From: Alphaproteobacteria bacterium
GTDB lineage: Bacteria; Pseudomonadota; Alphaproteobacteria; UBA2136; UBA6156
Assembly: GCA_036261915.1 (NCBI GenBank)
Contig: DATAJX010000005.1
Location: 8,689-72,688, forward strand
DNA length: 64,000 nt
Direction: 5' to 3'
How positions within the stretch are numbered: the first letter of the stretch is position 1; every line of letters starts with the position of its first letter. Below are positions 63,204 to 64,000 of this stretch, one piece after another. The translations under genes and the position numbers were made by a program. Below the pieces are notes generated by a model that ran no database searches, was not told where the DNA came from, and saw only the letters and a list, made by a program, of their open reading frames with translations.

Positions 63204-63229
63204 AAAACGCGCCCCCCGGGGCGCGTTTT
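63204..63229. terminator. bidirectional rho-independent terminator
   Basis: aaaacgcgcccc-ccg-gggcgcgtttt. Confidence 0.8.
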
Positions 63230-63239
63230 GCATGGGCGG

Positions 63240-64000
63240 TTATTTGTCCTTCCGCAGCATGTAATATTGCTGGGCAACCGAAAGCACGTTGTTGCACAGC
63301 CAGTAAAACACCAACCCGGCCGGAAAGCTCAAAAACATCACGGTGAACATCACCGGCATCCACTTGAACACCATCTGCTGGGTCGGGTCGGCGGCGGGCG
63401 GCTGCAGTTGCATCTGCACGTACATGCTGGCGCCCATCAGCACTGGCAGCACGTAATACGGGTCCATCACGCTCAGGTCATGGATCCAAAAGCTCGTCAG
63501 CGGCGCATGGCGCAGTTCAAACGCCACCAGTACCACCTTGTACATGGCGAAGAAGATGGGGATCTGGATGAGCGTCGGCCAGCAGCCGCCCATCGGGTTC
63601 ACCTTTTCGCGGCTGTACAGTTCCATGGTCTTCAGCGCCAGCGCCTGCTGGTCGCCCGCGTGCTGTTCACGCAGGCGGGTGATCTCCGGCGTCAGCTTCT
63701 TCATCTTCGCCATGGCGCGGTAGCTCTTGTTGGCCAGGGGGAAGGTCGCCAGCTTCAGCAGCAGCGTAATGGCAAAAATGGCCAAACCCCAGCTGTGCAG
63801 CCAGCCGTGCAGCATCAGCAGCAGGGTGTGCAGCGGCTTGGCGATCACCGCAAACCAGCCCCAATCAATGGCGCGTTCCATGCCCTGCCCGGCGGCTTCC
63901 AGCAGCTCCTGCTGCTTCGGCCCGGCGTAAATCTTATAACGCACGTCGGCCTGCCCGCCGGCGGGCACGGTCACGTCGCGCTGCACGTTGGCGCTGTACA
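63240..64000 (-). CDS. yidC: membrane protein insertase YidC, C-terminal part; 5' end lies beyond the window
   Basis: GLAIFAITLLLKLATFPLANKSYRAMAKMKKLTPE...NPMGGCWPTLIQIPIFFAMY...PAGLVFYWLCNNVLSVAQQ. The frame stays open to the window edge. Confidence 0.92.
   Translation of the reverse strand, partial: YSANVQRDVTVPAGGQADVRYKIYAGPKQQELLEAAGQGMERAIDWGWFAVIAKPLHTLLLMLHGWLHSWGLAIFAITLLLKLATFPLANKSYRAMAKMKKLTPEITRLREQHAGDQQALALKTMELYSREKVNPMGGCWPTLIQIPIFFAMYKVVLVAFELRHAPLTSFWIHDLSVMDPYYVLPVLMGASMYVQMQLQPPAADPTQQMVFKWMPVMFTVMFLSFPAGLVFYWLCNNVLSVAQQYYMLRKDK

Overview
A 64-kb, high-G+C chromosomal segment (about 60-65% by eye) from a divergent alphaproteobacterium-like organism. That placement rests on an alpha-type 16S rRNA, lon-hupB, and proteins I assign from memory to the DUF1036 and ELM1/DUF1022 families. 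Most genes are housekeeping: asnB, comF, mscL, clpX, clpP, frr, secE-nusG, gatCAB, ruvX, photolyase, grx, rpsU, hisS, prfA-prmC, lon, hupB, fabI, xseB-ispA, glyQS, yidC, tRNA-Asp, tRNA-Val and one 16S rRNA. Conserved synteny is nevertheless heavily scrambled, and the breakpoints carry small dispersed repeats.

Main points of interest:
1. A compact nine-gene operon at 32.2-40.7 kb resembles a type IV filament or T2SS system. It has a GspE/PilB ATPase, GspF platform, GspL- or PilMN-like and PilO/GspM-like proteins, an unknown secreted protein, two atypical pilin-like proteins and an A24 peptidase, with a translationally coupled J-domain gene. There is no secretin, no retraction ATPase and no minor pseudopilin set in the window.
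2. At least three families of short dispersed repeats are present. One is associated with long duplications of the 3' ends of clpP and tRNA-Val, which look like att-site relics. One appears to donate the comF start codon.
3. The 16S rRNA gene stands alone, with its own promoter, processing stem and terminator, and is not linked to 23S/5S.
4. A ~370-nt promoter-to-terminator segment at 53.1-53.5 kb looks like a structured ncRNA that I could not classify.
5. A ~1-kb AT-rich islet carries one orphan gene exactly where lon normally follows clpX.
6. Smaller oddities: a canonical EF-hand loop inside HisRS, an orphan VirB11-like ATPase, a K/A-rich N-terminal extension on NusG, a dimeric-type GlyRS, and paired CX4C secreted proteins.

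I recognised no CRISPR array, integrase, transposase or prophage genes. All family assignments come from motifs read in the supplied translations, not from database searches.
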